Part shown: positions 20,991-31,700 of the stretch, piece by piece
Layout of the letters: each line of letters starts with the position of its first letter
Position numbering within the stretch: position 1 is the stretch's first letter
DNA from: a virus
Taxonomy: Duplodnaviria; Caudoviricetes
IMG/VR virus record: IMGVR_UViG_2588253758_000006
Length of the DNA: 64,000 bases
Strand: one strand, 5' to 3'
Notes under the pieces: generated by a model
What the model was told of the DNA's origin: nothing
Seen by the model: only the letters and a program-made list of their open reading frames with translations
Database searches by the model: none
Position numbers and translations under genes: made by a program

Positions 20991-22461
20991 GAGACTGTAA
21001 TCTGAACTCTGTCCAAAAACACTTACCTTTGTATTATGGATAGGAGAAGTCAGGAGTATCAAATAATGCGTGATAAGGCATTATCTCAGCTTCGGAGTGG
21101 GGAGTCACTCACGGGCAAAGATGGGGCATTTGCTCCACTGTTGAAAGAATTTTTAGAAGCCGCTTTGGATGGCGAAATGGCAGCTCATCTCGACGAGGCG
21201 GAACGCCAGCAAGGCAACAAGCGTAACGGTCGAGGAAGCAAACGAGTCAAAACGATGGCAGGTGAGATTGAAATAGAGACACCTCAGGATCGTCATAGCA
21301 GTTTTACACCCGAGATTCTCAGGAAACGGGAGACCATTTTGGCGGATAATATGTCCTCCAAGATCATCAGTTTGTATGGTATGGGTATGAGCCTGAGGGA
21401 TATATCTGCTCATATCGAAGAGATGTATGACGTTGAGATATCGCACAATACGCTGAGTGAAATTATCGAACGTATAGTTCCCAAGGTCAAGGAGTGGCAA
21501 AGTCGTCCTTTGGAGTCGATGTACACTATCGTTTGGCTCGATGCGATGCACTACAAGGTCAAAGATGGTGGACGTACGGAGAGCCGAGCCGTTTATAATG
21601 TGCTGGCAGTCAATAAGGATGGTCGCAAAGAGTTAATCGGGATGTATGTATCTGAGAGTGAGGGAGCGAACTTCTGGTTGAGTGTATTGACCGATTTGAA
21701 AGCACGTGGGATGAAAGATGTTTTGATTGCCTGCATTGACAACCTTACGGGCTTTGCCGAGGCAATAGCCACCATTTTCCCGCAAGTAATCATTCAGAGC
21801 TGCATCGTTCATCAAATCCGCAACTCATTGAAATACATTGCCTCCAAAGACAAAAAGGAGTTTATGGGTGATTTGAAGACGGTCTATCAAGCTCCCACTC
21901 TGGATTTAGCCGAACTCAATCTTGATAAATTGGAGGATAAATGGGGGCAGAAATACCCTGTTGTTATAGGCTCGTGGCGACGAAATTGGGATAAGCTTAG
22001 TGCCTATTTTGCTTATGATGAGCATATTCGCAGACTTATCTACACAACTAATGCTGTTGAGGGATTTCATCGTCAGGCACGGAAAGTTACCAAGACGAAG
22101 GGTGTTTTCCCTAATGATATGGCATTGATGAAGTTACTCTACTTAGCGGTGCTCAACATCTCCAAGAAATGGACTCAACCCCTTCCGAATTGGGCGTTAA
22201 CAGCAGGTCAATTACGGATAAAGTTTGGCGAAAGGATGCCTATGGAGTTATAGCCCTTGTTTATTCTTTTCGGTTTTCCAAACGCAAAGAAAAGGCAGTT
22301 TCCGGATGTGAGCAAGGGTATATAAACGGCTCGTGCCTCGCCGCCCTTGCACACATCCAAAAACCGCCTTGAAAAAGCATTTGTAAAGCCGAAAAGAAAA
22401 AATTATATTTGTAGAAATTTAACTCGAAATATTTACCGGACAGAGTTTATATTACACTCCC
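20991..22461 (+). mobile_element. IS256-family element, copy 3 (1471 bp)
   Basis: Same IRs as copy 2; 8-bp TSD AAGTATTT (20983-20990, 22462-22469). Confidence 0.97.
21036..22253 (+). CDS. IS256-family transposase
   Basis: 405 aa, identical protein to 5937-7154. Confidence 0.96.
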   Translation: MDRRSQEYQIMRDKALSQLRSGESLTGKDGAFAPLLKEFLEAALDGEMAAHLDEAERQQGNKRNGRGSKRVKTMAGEIEIETPQDRHSSFTPEILRKRETILADNMSSKIISLYGMGMSLRDISAHIEEMYDVEISHNTLSEIIERIVPKVKEWQSRPLESMYTIVWLDAMHYKVKDGGRTESRAVYNVLAVNKDGRKELIGMYVSESEGANFWLSVLTDLKARGMKDVLIACIDNLTGFAEAIATIFPQVIIQSCIVHQIRNSLKYIASKDKKEFMGDLKTVYQAPTLDLAELNLDKLEDKWGQKYPVVIGSWRRNWDKLSAYFAYDEHIRRLIYTTNAVEGFHRQARKVTKTKGVFPNDMALMKLLYLAVLNISKKWTQPLPNWALTAGQLRIKFGERMPMEL

Positions 22462-23757
22462 AAGTATTTCACTTGCTGGAATCAACTTCTATCTTTGATG
22501 TTCGGACAACTCTCCAATCGTGAAAGTTTGAGAGACTTGATTGTAGCTCTTGATGCTCACCATTCCAAATGTTATCACTTGGGAATGGGTCGAAATGTTT
22601 CAAGATCATCTTTGGCGCGAGCCAATCAAGACAGGGATTATCACATCTTTGAGGAGTATGCCTACTACTTGGTAAATGAAGCAAGGCAGAAGCGTGTCAC
22701 CGATATCTTCAAACTTGGTGGAAACGTGTACGCCTTTGATTCTACAACCATTGATTTATGCCTTTCCGTATTTTGGTGGGCAAAGTTTCGCAAGAAGAAA
22801 GGTGGTATCAAAGTGCATACTTTGTATGATGTAGAAACGCAGATACCTGCATTCTTTCATATCACCGAAGCTTCCGGGCATGATTCAAAGGCTATGAATG
22901 AAATTCCCTATGAATCTGGCTCCTACTATATCTTTGATCGTGCTTACAACAACTTCAAGATGTTGTATCGGATTCATCAGATAGGTGCCTACTTCGTTGT
23001 CAGGGCTAAGAAGAATCTACAATACAAGTCTATCAAGTGGAAGCGCAGACTGCCCCAAAAGATACTCTCGGATATGACTATCGAATTGATGGGCTTTTAT
23101 CCGAAGCAATACTATCCAGAGCCGCTTCGCTTGGTCAGATATTGGGATGAAGAACAAAAACGTGAGTTTGTTTTCTTAACCAATGCAATGCACATTTCTG
23201 CCCTTCAAGTTGCCGAACTTTACAAGAACCGCTGGCAAGTAGAGCTGTTCTTCAAATGGCTAAAGCAGCACCTCAAGATCAAAAAGTTCTGGGGGACTAC
23301 CGAGAACGCCGTTAGAATACAAATCTACGCTTCAATATGTACTTACTGTCTGGTGGCAATGGTTCAGCACGATATGAAACTTGATAGAAGTACATACGAA
23401 GTTCTTCAAATATTGAGCATCTCGCTGACCGATAAAACGCCTCTTCGAGACCTCTTTGACAAAACTAAATTTCAAAATGACAAAGAACGATTTGGACCTG
23501 ATGGGCCAAGTTTATTTGATTTTTAATAACGTCCCAATTTTAATGGGACACTAGTGATATAAGATATTATATCATAAAGACAAAACCTCCGTAAGAACCA
23601 AAACCAATGGCAAAGGGATTTCATTTGCATTCTTATCACAAAAAAGAACACCTATTAAGATACTCTGATCAATACTATACTTCCAGCATTTGTCAATGTG
23701 GAGTTCCAAATTATGTGTTTACTTTGGGAGTATATTCTAAGTGGATAGTTAGTTTAT

Positions 23758-25212
23758 CATTATTAACCGACTAAAATCGGATTTTTGTTAATTATTTCTG
23801 CAATCGTTTAGTAATCAGCATGTATTTCCGCATAAATAGTCATTTCAAAATACCTACCCCCCCTCAAAATAGTGCCATTTGTATCGTTGGGGCTCGGCTC
23901 GATGAGCAAAAATTAGCCCCTTTTCGCTTGTGATAAGTGCGTTTGCAGTTCTGAATCATCCAAAAAATATCCAGATAACTCGTCAAATGTATCCTCACCA
24001 ACACCGCAACAGTCGAAAATGCTTTGTCAGTCTGCGTTTTGACTTTCAACACCGTCAAAAGTAGATGAGCAATGAGCGTTATCCATATCTGCGTCTTAAT
24101 TCCATTCTCGGTCTCAGAGTAGAAAAAGTGTAGTTGAAAATTCTGCTTCAACTTCTTAAACAACAGCTCTATTTGCCAGCGGCACTTGTAGATAAAAGCC
24201 ACATCCTCTGCACTGATTTGAAAGTTATTGGTGATAAAAACCAATATCCGACCCTTTTCATCACGATAAACAACTTTCCTTAAACAAACCTTCTTCTGCT
24301 CCTTATTATCCTTATAATTCAGATGAATGTGCTCCTCTGATATTACTCCAAACTCTTTGTCGTTCAGCACTTTCTCTGAAATAACCTCCTGTACCTCGTA
24401 AACAGCATTGCGTTTCAACCGTCCGACAAACCAAACTCCCTCTTCTGTCCAGCGGGCATATTGCCCATAGTCGTTGTACGCCTTGTCGAAACAAATCATA
24501 CTCCCTGCTGTGAGGTTGAGCTTGCTCAGAAATTTCTTATCGTGCATTTTTGCCTCGCTTATATTGACGTGCTTGGCACAATCGGCGTGAGCGTCTATCA
24601 TCATATGCACCTTCAATCCACCCTTCTTCTTACCATCTCCTTTGGGGTTACGACCTACCCCCTTCATTATGTCCGAAAATAGGCGAATAGTGGTAGAATC
24701 GAAGATGTAAAACTTCTCAAAATCCACCCCCTTAATTCGGCTGACCGACAAAAGTGGCGAGTAGTGGCTCAATAACTCAAAGTAGTAATCCCTGAACAAA
24801 ACCTCATCTCTATCTCGCAAAGCATCGCCTATGGTGCTTTTGGCGGGCGATTTATCTAGCCCCAAATAGCTCAACTTGCCTTGCAAGCCCTGCATTGCTG
24901 CTGCAATCTCGCCCACAGAATCACACCTGCTAAAGACCCCAAAGAGCAAAGTTATCAACTGCTCCCACGAGCGAAATCGTTTGTAGTACCTATCCGATTT
25001 GTGACGGTGAACTAACAGGTCAAACTTCGCTCTTGGCAGAAAATCTACAACCTGTTTGAAAATCGGCTGACCGACTAAATTTTTATAACTATCTTTGCCC
25101 ATAGTTGAATCTTGTATTGTTTGCACTTACAAAATTACAACTATCGGGGTAATTCTCTTCAAAGGGGATTACCCCTCTCTTTTTTTCTCAACTTTTTTGT
25201 CGGTCAGTAATG
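23758..25212 (-). mobile_element. IS4-family element (1455 bp)
   Basis: IRs CATTATTAACCGACTAAAA / CATTACTGACCGACAAAAA; 9-bp TSD TTAGTTTAT (23749-23757; second copy split by IS1634 and completed at 27369-27377). Confidence 0.9.
23864..25102 (-). CDS. IS4-family transposase
   Basis: DSTTI, FDKAY and YKCRWQIELLFKKLKQ motifs; likely start MGKD at 25102. Confidence 0.92.
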   Translation of the reverse strand: MGKDSYKNLVGQPIFKQVVDFLPRAKFDLLVHRHKSDRYYKRFRSWEQLITLLFGVFSRCDSVGEIAAAMQGLQGKLSYLGLDKSPAKSTIGDALRDRDEVLFRDYYFELLSHYSPLLSVSRIKGVDFEKFYIFDSTTIRLFSDIMKGVGRNPKGDGKKKGGLKVHMMIDAHADCAKHVNISEAKMHDKKFLSKLNLTAGSMICFDKAYNDYGQYARWTEEGVWFVGRLKRNAVYEVQEVISEKVLNDKEFGVISEEHIHLNYKDNKEQKKVCLRKVVYRDEKGRILVFITNNFQISAEDVAFIYKCRWQIELLFKKLKQNFQLHFFYSETENGIKTQIWITLIAHLLLTVLKVKTQTDKAFSTVAVLVRIHLTSYLDIFWMIQNCKRTYHKRKGANFCSSSRAPTIQMALF

Positions 25213-25216
25213 TTAG

Positions 25217-27368
25217 CCCAACTTCAACGCCAAAAAGTTTTTTCGGTGTTTTTTTGCTCAAAAACGGGGGTGATTTCATACTATTGAGTTGATTTTCAGA
25301 AGATGCTTATTTGGTGAAGTGCTTTGTAATACCCACGGGAGTAAATTTTATGTTGTACCTTAGCGGGCATGTACTTCACATCGAACATACGCGTGAGCCC
25401 CGAGCACGGCAGGGAACTCCCTTATTATAAAATCAAGGAGTCCTTCCGTGATGTTATAGGACGTGTGCATACCCGTGTAATGTTGACTCCGGGCTACCTT
25501 CCCGATTTGTGCAGCGATGAGATTGTGCAGATTCGCCGCGGTCTGACCTATATGATGGAGCAGAGTGCGTATATCCCAGCTCAGCAGGCGATGTTTACTG
25601 CCGATCCCAGAGGAGAGTACAGTGAAGAGGTTCGTGGATACATCGAGAAGTTTTGGAGTCAGATAAAGGGTAGCGGCAAGATTGATTCCGCACGGGCAAG
25701 TTATGATGAGGCAGAACGCAAAGCCCGCAAATTAATAGATGTCAACACAATACAGCATACAGATGCACGTGAGGCAGGTGCAGAGAATGTATGCCTTCAG
25801 GCGATACGCGAACTACAGCTCGACACATTTCTGCGACGCGAAGGATGGTCGGAGCGTAAGATAAATTCTACACTGGCATCCTTGATTATCCGGACTGTAT
25901 ATTCCCCATCGGAATGGGCGGCACTACGTATACTCGACGAGAATTCTGCCGCAATGGAGCTTCTGACGGGTCAGTTTGGCGACTGCCCGACTCAGCGCGA
26001 GGTATATGCGGCTGCTCCATCGCTTTATGCCTTGAAAGACAAGCTAGAGCGTCATCTGTGCTCTCGCACCGACTCGTTGTTTAATCTCACTAACCGGGTG
26101 ATGCTCTTCGATTTGACCAACTTCTATTTCGAGGGTAGCAAGACAGGCTCAAAGAAGGCAAAGTTTGGTCGCTCGAAGGAGAAACGCTCAGACTGTCGCC
26201 TTCTTGTCCTCGCCTTGGCAATCAATACTGAAGGCTTTATCCGATACAGTTCAATCCTTGCCGGCAACACAGCCGACCCCGATTCACTACCGGCGATGGT
26301 GGAGGGCATTATCTCGAAGAATCCGGTCTCGACAAACCCCCAACAGAAAGTTATGGTGGTCATCGATGCAGGAATAGCCACGGAAGCCAATCTCGGATTG
26401 CTCAAAGAACGAGGATATAATTACCTTTGTGTCAGCAGAACCAAGCTCAAAGATTATACTCTCAAAGAGGAAGGTCGCTCTGTTACGGTATTTGATAGTC
26501 GCAAGCGTCCCATTACTATAGCCCAAGTCGAGCACCGGGAGGGAGGCGACTTCTACCTTCGCATTACCTCCCCCGCCAAAGCAATGACCGAACATTCCAT
26601 GAACCAACAGTGGCGAGAGCGTTTCGAGCTTGAACTCACAAAGGCACGCAACGCTCTTACGGCAAAAGGAGGCACAAAGAGATACGACAAGGTGGTGGAG
26701 CGTGTTGGACGTGCACTCGGTAAATACCCCTCTGTATCCAAGTATTACCAAATAGACTACATCCGCTCGGGTGAGAATCCCGAACACATGTCAGATATCC
26801 GCTGGCAAATCAAAATCAGCCAAGAAGAGACTGAGCAACGCTTTGGCACATACTTCCTGCGCACCAACATAGCCACCCTTGACGAGCGAACTACGTGGGA
26901 GTACTATAACTTGATTAGAGAGATAGAGACATCAAACCGGCAACTCAAAACAGACCTGGAATTGCGCCCCATCTACCATCAGACAGATAACAACTCCGAT
27001 GCCCATCTATTCTTCGGACTACTATCATACTGGATTGTAAACACAGTTCGACACAAACTAAAGTTACAAGGCATAACTCATTACTGGACTGAATTAAAGC
27101 GCATTCTATCCACCCAAAAGGCTATTACCACCAAAGCAGAAAACGCACTCGGAGAACAAATAGAACTACGCATCTGTTCGGACCCCACAGATGCCGCCTC
27201 GGAACTATATCGAATCCTCGGATACAACCCCATACCATTTAGACGACACACAATCAAAACTGCACCACCACCTCCGAATTGAAAAATCTGTAGTACCCAC
27301 GCAGAAAGCCAAAAACAGATAAGGCTTAAAGAACAGAGGATTTGCATACATATTACGTTGAAGTTGGG
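25217..27368 (+). mobile_element. IS1634-family element, copy 2 (2152 bp)
   Basis: IR CCCAACTTCAACG; TSD TTAG (25213-25216, 27369-27372). Confidence 0.95.
25369..27282 (+). CDS. IS1634-family DDE transposase
   Basis: 637 aa, nearly identical to 16315-18228. Confidence 0.92.
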   Translation: MYFTSNIRVSPEHGRELPYYKIKESFRDVIGRVHTRVMLTPGYLPDLCSDEIVQIRRGLTYMMEQSAYIPAQQAMFTADPRGEYSEEVRGYIEKFWSQIKGSGKIDSARASYDEAERKARKLIDVNTIQHTDAREAGAENVCLQAIRELQLDTFLRREGWSERKINSTLASLIIRTVYSPSEWAALRILDENSAAMELLTGQFGDCPTQREVYAAAPSLYALKDKLERHLCSRTDSLFNLTNRVMLFDLTNFYFEGSKTGSKKAKFGRSKEKRSDCRLLVLALAINTEGFIRYSSILAGNTADPDSLPAMVEGIISKNPVSTNPQQKVMVVIDAGIATEANLGLLKERGYNYLCVSRTKLKDYTLKEEGRSVTVFDSRKRPITIAQVEHREGGDFYLRITSPAKAMTEHSMNQQWRERFELELTKARNALTAKGGTKRYDKVVERVGRALGKYPSVSKYYQIDYIRSGENPEHMSDIRWQIKISQEETEQRFGTYFLRTNIATLDERTTWEYYNLIREIETSNRQLKTDLELRPIYHQTDNNSDAHLFFGLLSYWIVNTVRHKLKLQGITHYWTELKRILSTQKAITTKAENALGEQIELRICSDPTDAASELYRILGYNPIPFRRHTIKTAPPPPN

Positions 27369-28579
27369 TTAGTTTATATTCTTCTTCGAATGGTTCCAAT
27401 TTCATTTGGTATACTGTTATGTTTTTCCTTTTAGCTATATTCAGTAAATGTTGCTTATTGTCGTTATTTATTTTAGTGCCTAGATATATTGCTTTAGGTC
27501 TTATTATCTCAATAAAATCAATGTCAGGTTTATTGTCATCATAATCTAAATTAGATTGTTTAATTATTCGCCATTCTTTTTCGTATTCCCAATCTTTAGA
27601 TTTGAATAGTAATATTTTGTAATACAACAGCTTGTCTGGAAATGGTATTTTGCATTCAACTCCTATCTGGTGATAGAAATTGTATATAAAATTGTTAGAA
27701 ACAAATTCCGTGGCGTCAAAGCGTTTATTAGAATACTGTATTGGAAACAGTTTCTTATCTAAAAATTCTGAACCAACCTGTTTTAGACCAACATCAACAA
27801 CATATCTTGCTTCAAAATCATAACATAGAGCAAATCCAGTGTGGTTGTTTGCATAATGCGACCACATTAATATTGATTCAACCGTTTCTGATAAGCATCC
27901 AACGTAAGATGATTGTTTAAGAGACTCTATTGACAAAGCAATTAACTTATCAATGAATAATCCATAATACTCTTTACTAGCCTTCAAGTACCTTAATCTG
28001 TCTTCTTCACTTTTAAATGAACCTATTTCCAACAATCTATTTACAAAGTCCAATCCGAACTTTTCAATTTCTTGATTTTTGAATTCTTCATCCTCTTTCA
28101 TTTTTTTGACTTTATCAAAGCTATTACTCCCGTCATCGGAAAGATCTTCAATGATTTTATTTTTATTGATATAAACCAGAGAATCATGGGTCATTAAATA
28201 AAGTAGGTTTTGTTAACAGGAATTTATCTTCTTCTAAAGTGCGAAAGTTGTTTTCATTACACTCTCTGTATCTAAAAAGATTTCCAGGTGTTATTTCTTT
28301 GCATTTATAAAAAATATCACTGACAATATTAGCTTCTTCCTCAAGGGGTATATCTGTAGGGATTTTTAATTCTATTAGATAATTGATTAATTCTTCTTTT
28401 GCATTATTCATTATTGTAGATACTCTATTAGTTTAATTAATACAAAGTTAATATCTTGTCGCCATATATAATTCAAAAAAGGAATAAATCTAACAGTCCG
28501 AGTAGTACGTATAAAAATCGAAAACCGCACTATCTCACGACAGGACGGTTTTCTTCTTCAAAACTATGTACAACACAAA

Positions 28580-28858
28580 TCAATCCATTATTTTATTAAT
28601 AAGCTTCTTAACATCTTCAATATCATAGTATAGCTTGCCCCTCAATTTACGAGGCGTTAGCTCACCGCTCTTACGGTAACGATAAATACTACGCTTACTA
28701 ATTTTCAATATCTTGCAGAGGTCTGCATCATCAATCATCTCACGTCCGTCAATAACGTGCTTCTTATATCCGTCAATTTTGCTCTCAATCGTATCTAAAC
28801 GGTCGAAAATCCTGCTAACAATAGCATCTATATATTCTTTTAACTGCTTCATAAACAT
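28580..28858 (-). CDS. HTH_17 DNA-binding protein
   Basis: DDADLCKILKISKRSIYRYRKSGEL motif. Confidence 0.85.
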   Translation of the reverse strand: MFMKQLKEYIDAIVSRIFDRLDTIESKIDGYKKHVIDGREMIDDADLCKILKISKRSIYRYRKSGELTPRKLRGKLYYDIEDVKKLINKIMD

Positions 28859-28860
28859 TA

Positions 28861-30921
28861 TTATATTACACCTATCATCAAATAAGTTGAGTTTGACGGA
28901 TCGTTAATAACTATCTCTTTCTCACGCATAAAACGGATATAGCTCTTGGCGGTACGCTCCTTGACATCGAGTGCCGTTTGGAGTTCGGCGCACAAATCGT
29001 TGTAGGTGAGGTGTGAGCGACGTTTGAAAATATCACGAGCAACAGAGAAGAGTTCGTTCTCTTTGCGTTGCTCTTTGTCCTCTTTGGTCTTTTCGCCTGC
29101 ATACAGGTGCATTGCTGCCACTTTATCCCACGCAAACTGTATCATCGGAACGTCGAGTGGACTACCGTCTCGCACCTTGAGAGCCTTGATGACCGACACC
29201 GACGGGTCGTCATCACGCTCAATGGAGAGTATCGCTGCCGCTTTGCGTTGCAACTCCGAGCCGAGATGCCCACGGAGCTTCATTCCGTTGGGGATAAAGT
29301 GGAGAACACAGATGATACAAGCATTGTAAATTCCCGCCAGACGGTATAACTCCTCGACAATGGCGATACTCTCACCCTCGTCATTCGCACCTCGTATCAG
29401 GTCAGCAATACCGTCGATAACCACAAGGTGAATACCGCCGTAGTAGTGGTAAAACCTATCCATACTCTCGACAATGGATTGCAGTCGCACGTTTCTCGAC
29501 ATCCCTGTCAGCGAATATGCCTTGTAGGTTTCGGGCATCCTTTCGAGTTTGGAACGTCGTAGGATGTTTACGCTGTTCTTATAGAGTTGCACTTCTGACT
29601 GTTCGGTGTCGTACAGCAGAATAGCTCTGTTATTTACATTCGGTGCGATTGTTATACCGAGCGTATCTATTTCATTTTCGAGACAATTCAACGAGCCCGA
29701 AATTAGCGCACCAACAAAGTTGCTCTTACCCGTACCTTCGCCCCCTGTTACGCAAAGCAAATTACCCTGCGTGCCAAGTGGGACATCATTTACAGAGACA
29801 ACCATTTGTGCCTGCGGAGGTGGTGAGTCAAAATTCACTTCACAAGATTTTAAAATGGATATTGTATTGCTATATATAGCATCTAAAAGGTCAAGAAACA
29901 AAGCCTTGAAATCCTCTATGCTGTTTCCGAGTCGGAAATAGTCTGAAATATCTTTCGCCTGTTTTGTGCCGGGCAGTGGCAATAATAGACGCTTGACGCT
30001 AAATTCAGATAGTTGTTGTTGGCTCTTGAGCGAACTCGACAAGCCTGTTTTATCAACATCGTATAGAATAACGATATGCTTAAACATAAACGACAACTTT
30101 CGGATAATAGAGGGCTGAATCTGTGCCGTCTCGCTATTGAAACAGATAGCGTGAAACCCACGAGCCGAGAGTGTCATCACATCTTTCTCTCCGCCTGTAA
30201 TGTAGAGAACATCTCCTTTTGCCGGCAATTGCTCCAATCCGAAGCAGTAATTTTCGGGGAGGTCGCCTCCATACAGAAATCGCATTTCAGAGAATGGTCT
30301 GTATATCTTGATGAAATTGGGATGCTCATAGCCAAATACGGGTTCGGCAGCCAATGACTCAATACGATACGGTTTACCCTGTCTGTTTTGCGACTCAAAA
30401 CAAGATAGCGACACTACACGAAAACGCTTCAATGTCTCTTTGTTAATCCCATAAGAGAGCCAGTAATCTAACTCCGCTGCCGAAAATGGCTTCGAGTGTG
30501 CATAGTATGGCAGAGCATCTACCTCGGCATTGGGTTCGGTCTGCACCTCAATTCTTTGGGGTAATGGTTGAGACTTGGGAGTGGAAGCAGAGTTCCTATT
30601 ATCGTGCTCATCTTCAATACCCAAAAATAAATCGTGATTGATTGTGCGAAGTATCTCGATGAAATCTTTTGGAATCGTGCAGTCATACCCTTTGATTTTT
30701 CCGACGATATAGAAACAGTCGCCCGAATAGTCATCGTTGCCAAAATCTTTCATACGATACGCCCCGGACTTACGATCCAAATAGATATTGCACGACGGGT
30801 TTATATCGTCATAGAGCGGATTACGAAAATTGCGTTTCACTTTCCAATCGCCCTGTATGTAGTGCCGAAATACATTCAACCCACTACACGTTGCCTCTAA
30901 TATTGCTTCTCTACTTAGCAT
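28861..30921 (-). CDS. Bifunctional Toprim primase / AAA_25 (RepA-like) helicase
   Basis: YITGGEKD, YDVD, KDISDY (Toprim); GGEGTGKS, DTEQS, IDGIAD, LRGHLGSEL (helicase). Confidence 0.9.
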   Translation of the reverse strand: MLSREAILEATCSGLNVFRHYIQGDWKVKRNFRNPLYDDINPSCNIYLDRKSGAYRMKDFGNDDYSGDCFYIVGKIKGYDCTIPKDFIEILRTINHDLFLGIEDEHDNRNSASTPKSQPLPQRIEVQTEPNAEVDALPYYAHSKPFSAAELDYWLSYGINKETLKRFRVVSLSCFESQNRQGKPYRIESLAAEPVFGYEHPNFIKIYRPFSEMRFLYGGDLPENYCFGLEQLPAKGDVLYITGGEKDVMTLSARGFHAICFNSETAQIQPSIIRKLSFMFKHIVILYDVDKTGLSSSLKSQQQLSEFSVKRLLLPLPGTKQAKDISDYFRLGNSIEDFKALFLDLLDAIYSNTISILKSCEVNFDSPPPQAQMVVSVNDVPLGTQGNLLCVTGGEGTGKSNFVGALISGSLNCLENEIDTLGITIAPNVNNRAILLYDTEQSEVQLYKNSVNILRRSKLERMPETYKAYSLTGMSRNVRLQSIVESMDRFYHYYGGIHLVVIDGIADLIRGANDEGESIAIVEELYRLAGIYNACIICVLHFIPNGMKLRGHLGSELQRKAAAILSIERDDDPSVSVIKALKVRDGSPLDVPMIQFAWDKVAAMHLYAGEKTKEDKEQRKENELFSVARDIFKRRSHLTYNDLCAELQTALDVKERTAKSYIRFMREKEIVINDPSNSTYLMIGVI

Positions 30922-31243
30922 CGTTGATATAGTTTTGGTAGAAATCGTTGATATACTTCGGATCGCACTTGATGATTTTGTTCTTCAATACCCGATAGAC
31001 TTGACTTGGGAAATATCGTGGCTTATCCCCCAGAAATGTATGAGGAATTAAATTCTTCTTGCGATAACGGTATAGGGTTTTAGCTGATACGTGCAGAATA
31101 TTGCACATCTCAAAGGTGTCGAGCCACGGTTCATCCTCGCTCGGCGGAGCTTGATCCTCGAATCGTTTGATAAATTGATATATTTTATCAACCTTCTTGT
31201 TTAGCTCTTCAAATTGTTGGCGGTCAATAGTAATTTCATCCAT
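30911..31243 (-). CDS. HTH_17 DNA-binding protein
   Basis: WLDTFEMCNILHVSAKTLYRYRKKNLIP; likely ATG at 31243. Confidence 0.85.
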   Translation of the reverse strand: MDEITIDRQQFEELNKKVDKIYQFIKRFEDQAPPSEDEPWLDTFEMCNILHVSAKTLYRYRKKNLIPHTFLGDKPRYFPSQVYRVLKNKIIKCDPKYINDFYQNYINDAK

Positions 31244-31700
31244 CTCTGCTATTTTTGATGCAAAGATGCAGCACCATAAAAGCACAAATACGCAACTTGC
31301 TAGCAAGTTGCGTAAATTGATTATTTTCGTTGCGTAGTATTTTCGTCGAGCTCTTTCAACCTCATCGAAAGTGCATCAACCATTTGTCGGAGGTAGTATA
31401 TTCGAGAGTGCGGTTTGTTGGGGTCGTCATATCTGTTCAGGATATCGTTGAATAATCCTGTATGGTTTCTTAGATTGACATTGAGTGCGTCCCCCATAAA
31501 TATTATAAACTCATTTTTCTTCACCTTGCCTCGGTTGATGCTTCGTAGCAAGAGAACACTTTGAAGTATCTCAATGAGATCTGATTTACTATCCGTCCAC
31601 GTAAAATCAGATTTTAGCTTTTTGTCTGGGGGAGACTTTTCACCAATGGTTTTAATTGAAGCTGCCGATGGGAATTTTGTTTTTGTCTCCAAAATACCTA

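Larger units (their letters stand above)
20884..23526 (+). pseudogene. IS4-family (DUF4372 + DDE) transposase split by IS256
   Basis: MNKEKYVFAQL...RYIKYF|TCWNQLLSLMFGQL rejoins in frame (about 387 aa); DSTTI, FDRAY and YKNRWQVELFFKWLKQ (YREK) motifs. Confidence 0.9.
20820..23556 (+). mobile_element. IS4-family element lacking its left end, interrupted by IS256
   Basis: Right end ...TTAATGGGACACTAGTG at 23556; no matching IR before the IS3 junction. Confidence 0.8.
23711..28411 (-). pseudogene. DUF2971-domain gene: frameshifted near 28190 and interrupted near its 3' end by IS4 + IS1634
   Basis: LFRYR, FNDP|(Y)DS, LMWSHYANNHTGFAL and KSKDWEYEKEWRI motifs; true end ...EEYKLTIHLEYTPKVNT* lies at 23757-23711. 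Confidence 0.85.

Noticed and set aside
27205-27368. C-terminal part of the 329-aa ORF as a real domain
   Set aside because: It is read-through into the IS1634 end; the true C-terminus is at 23711-23757
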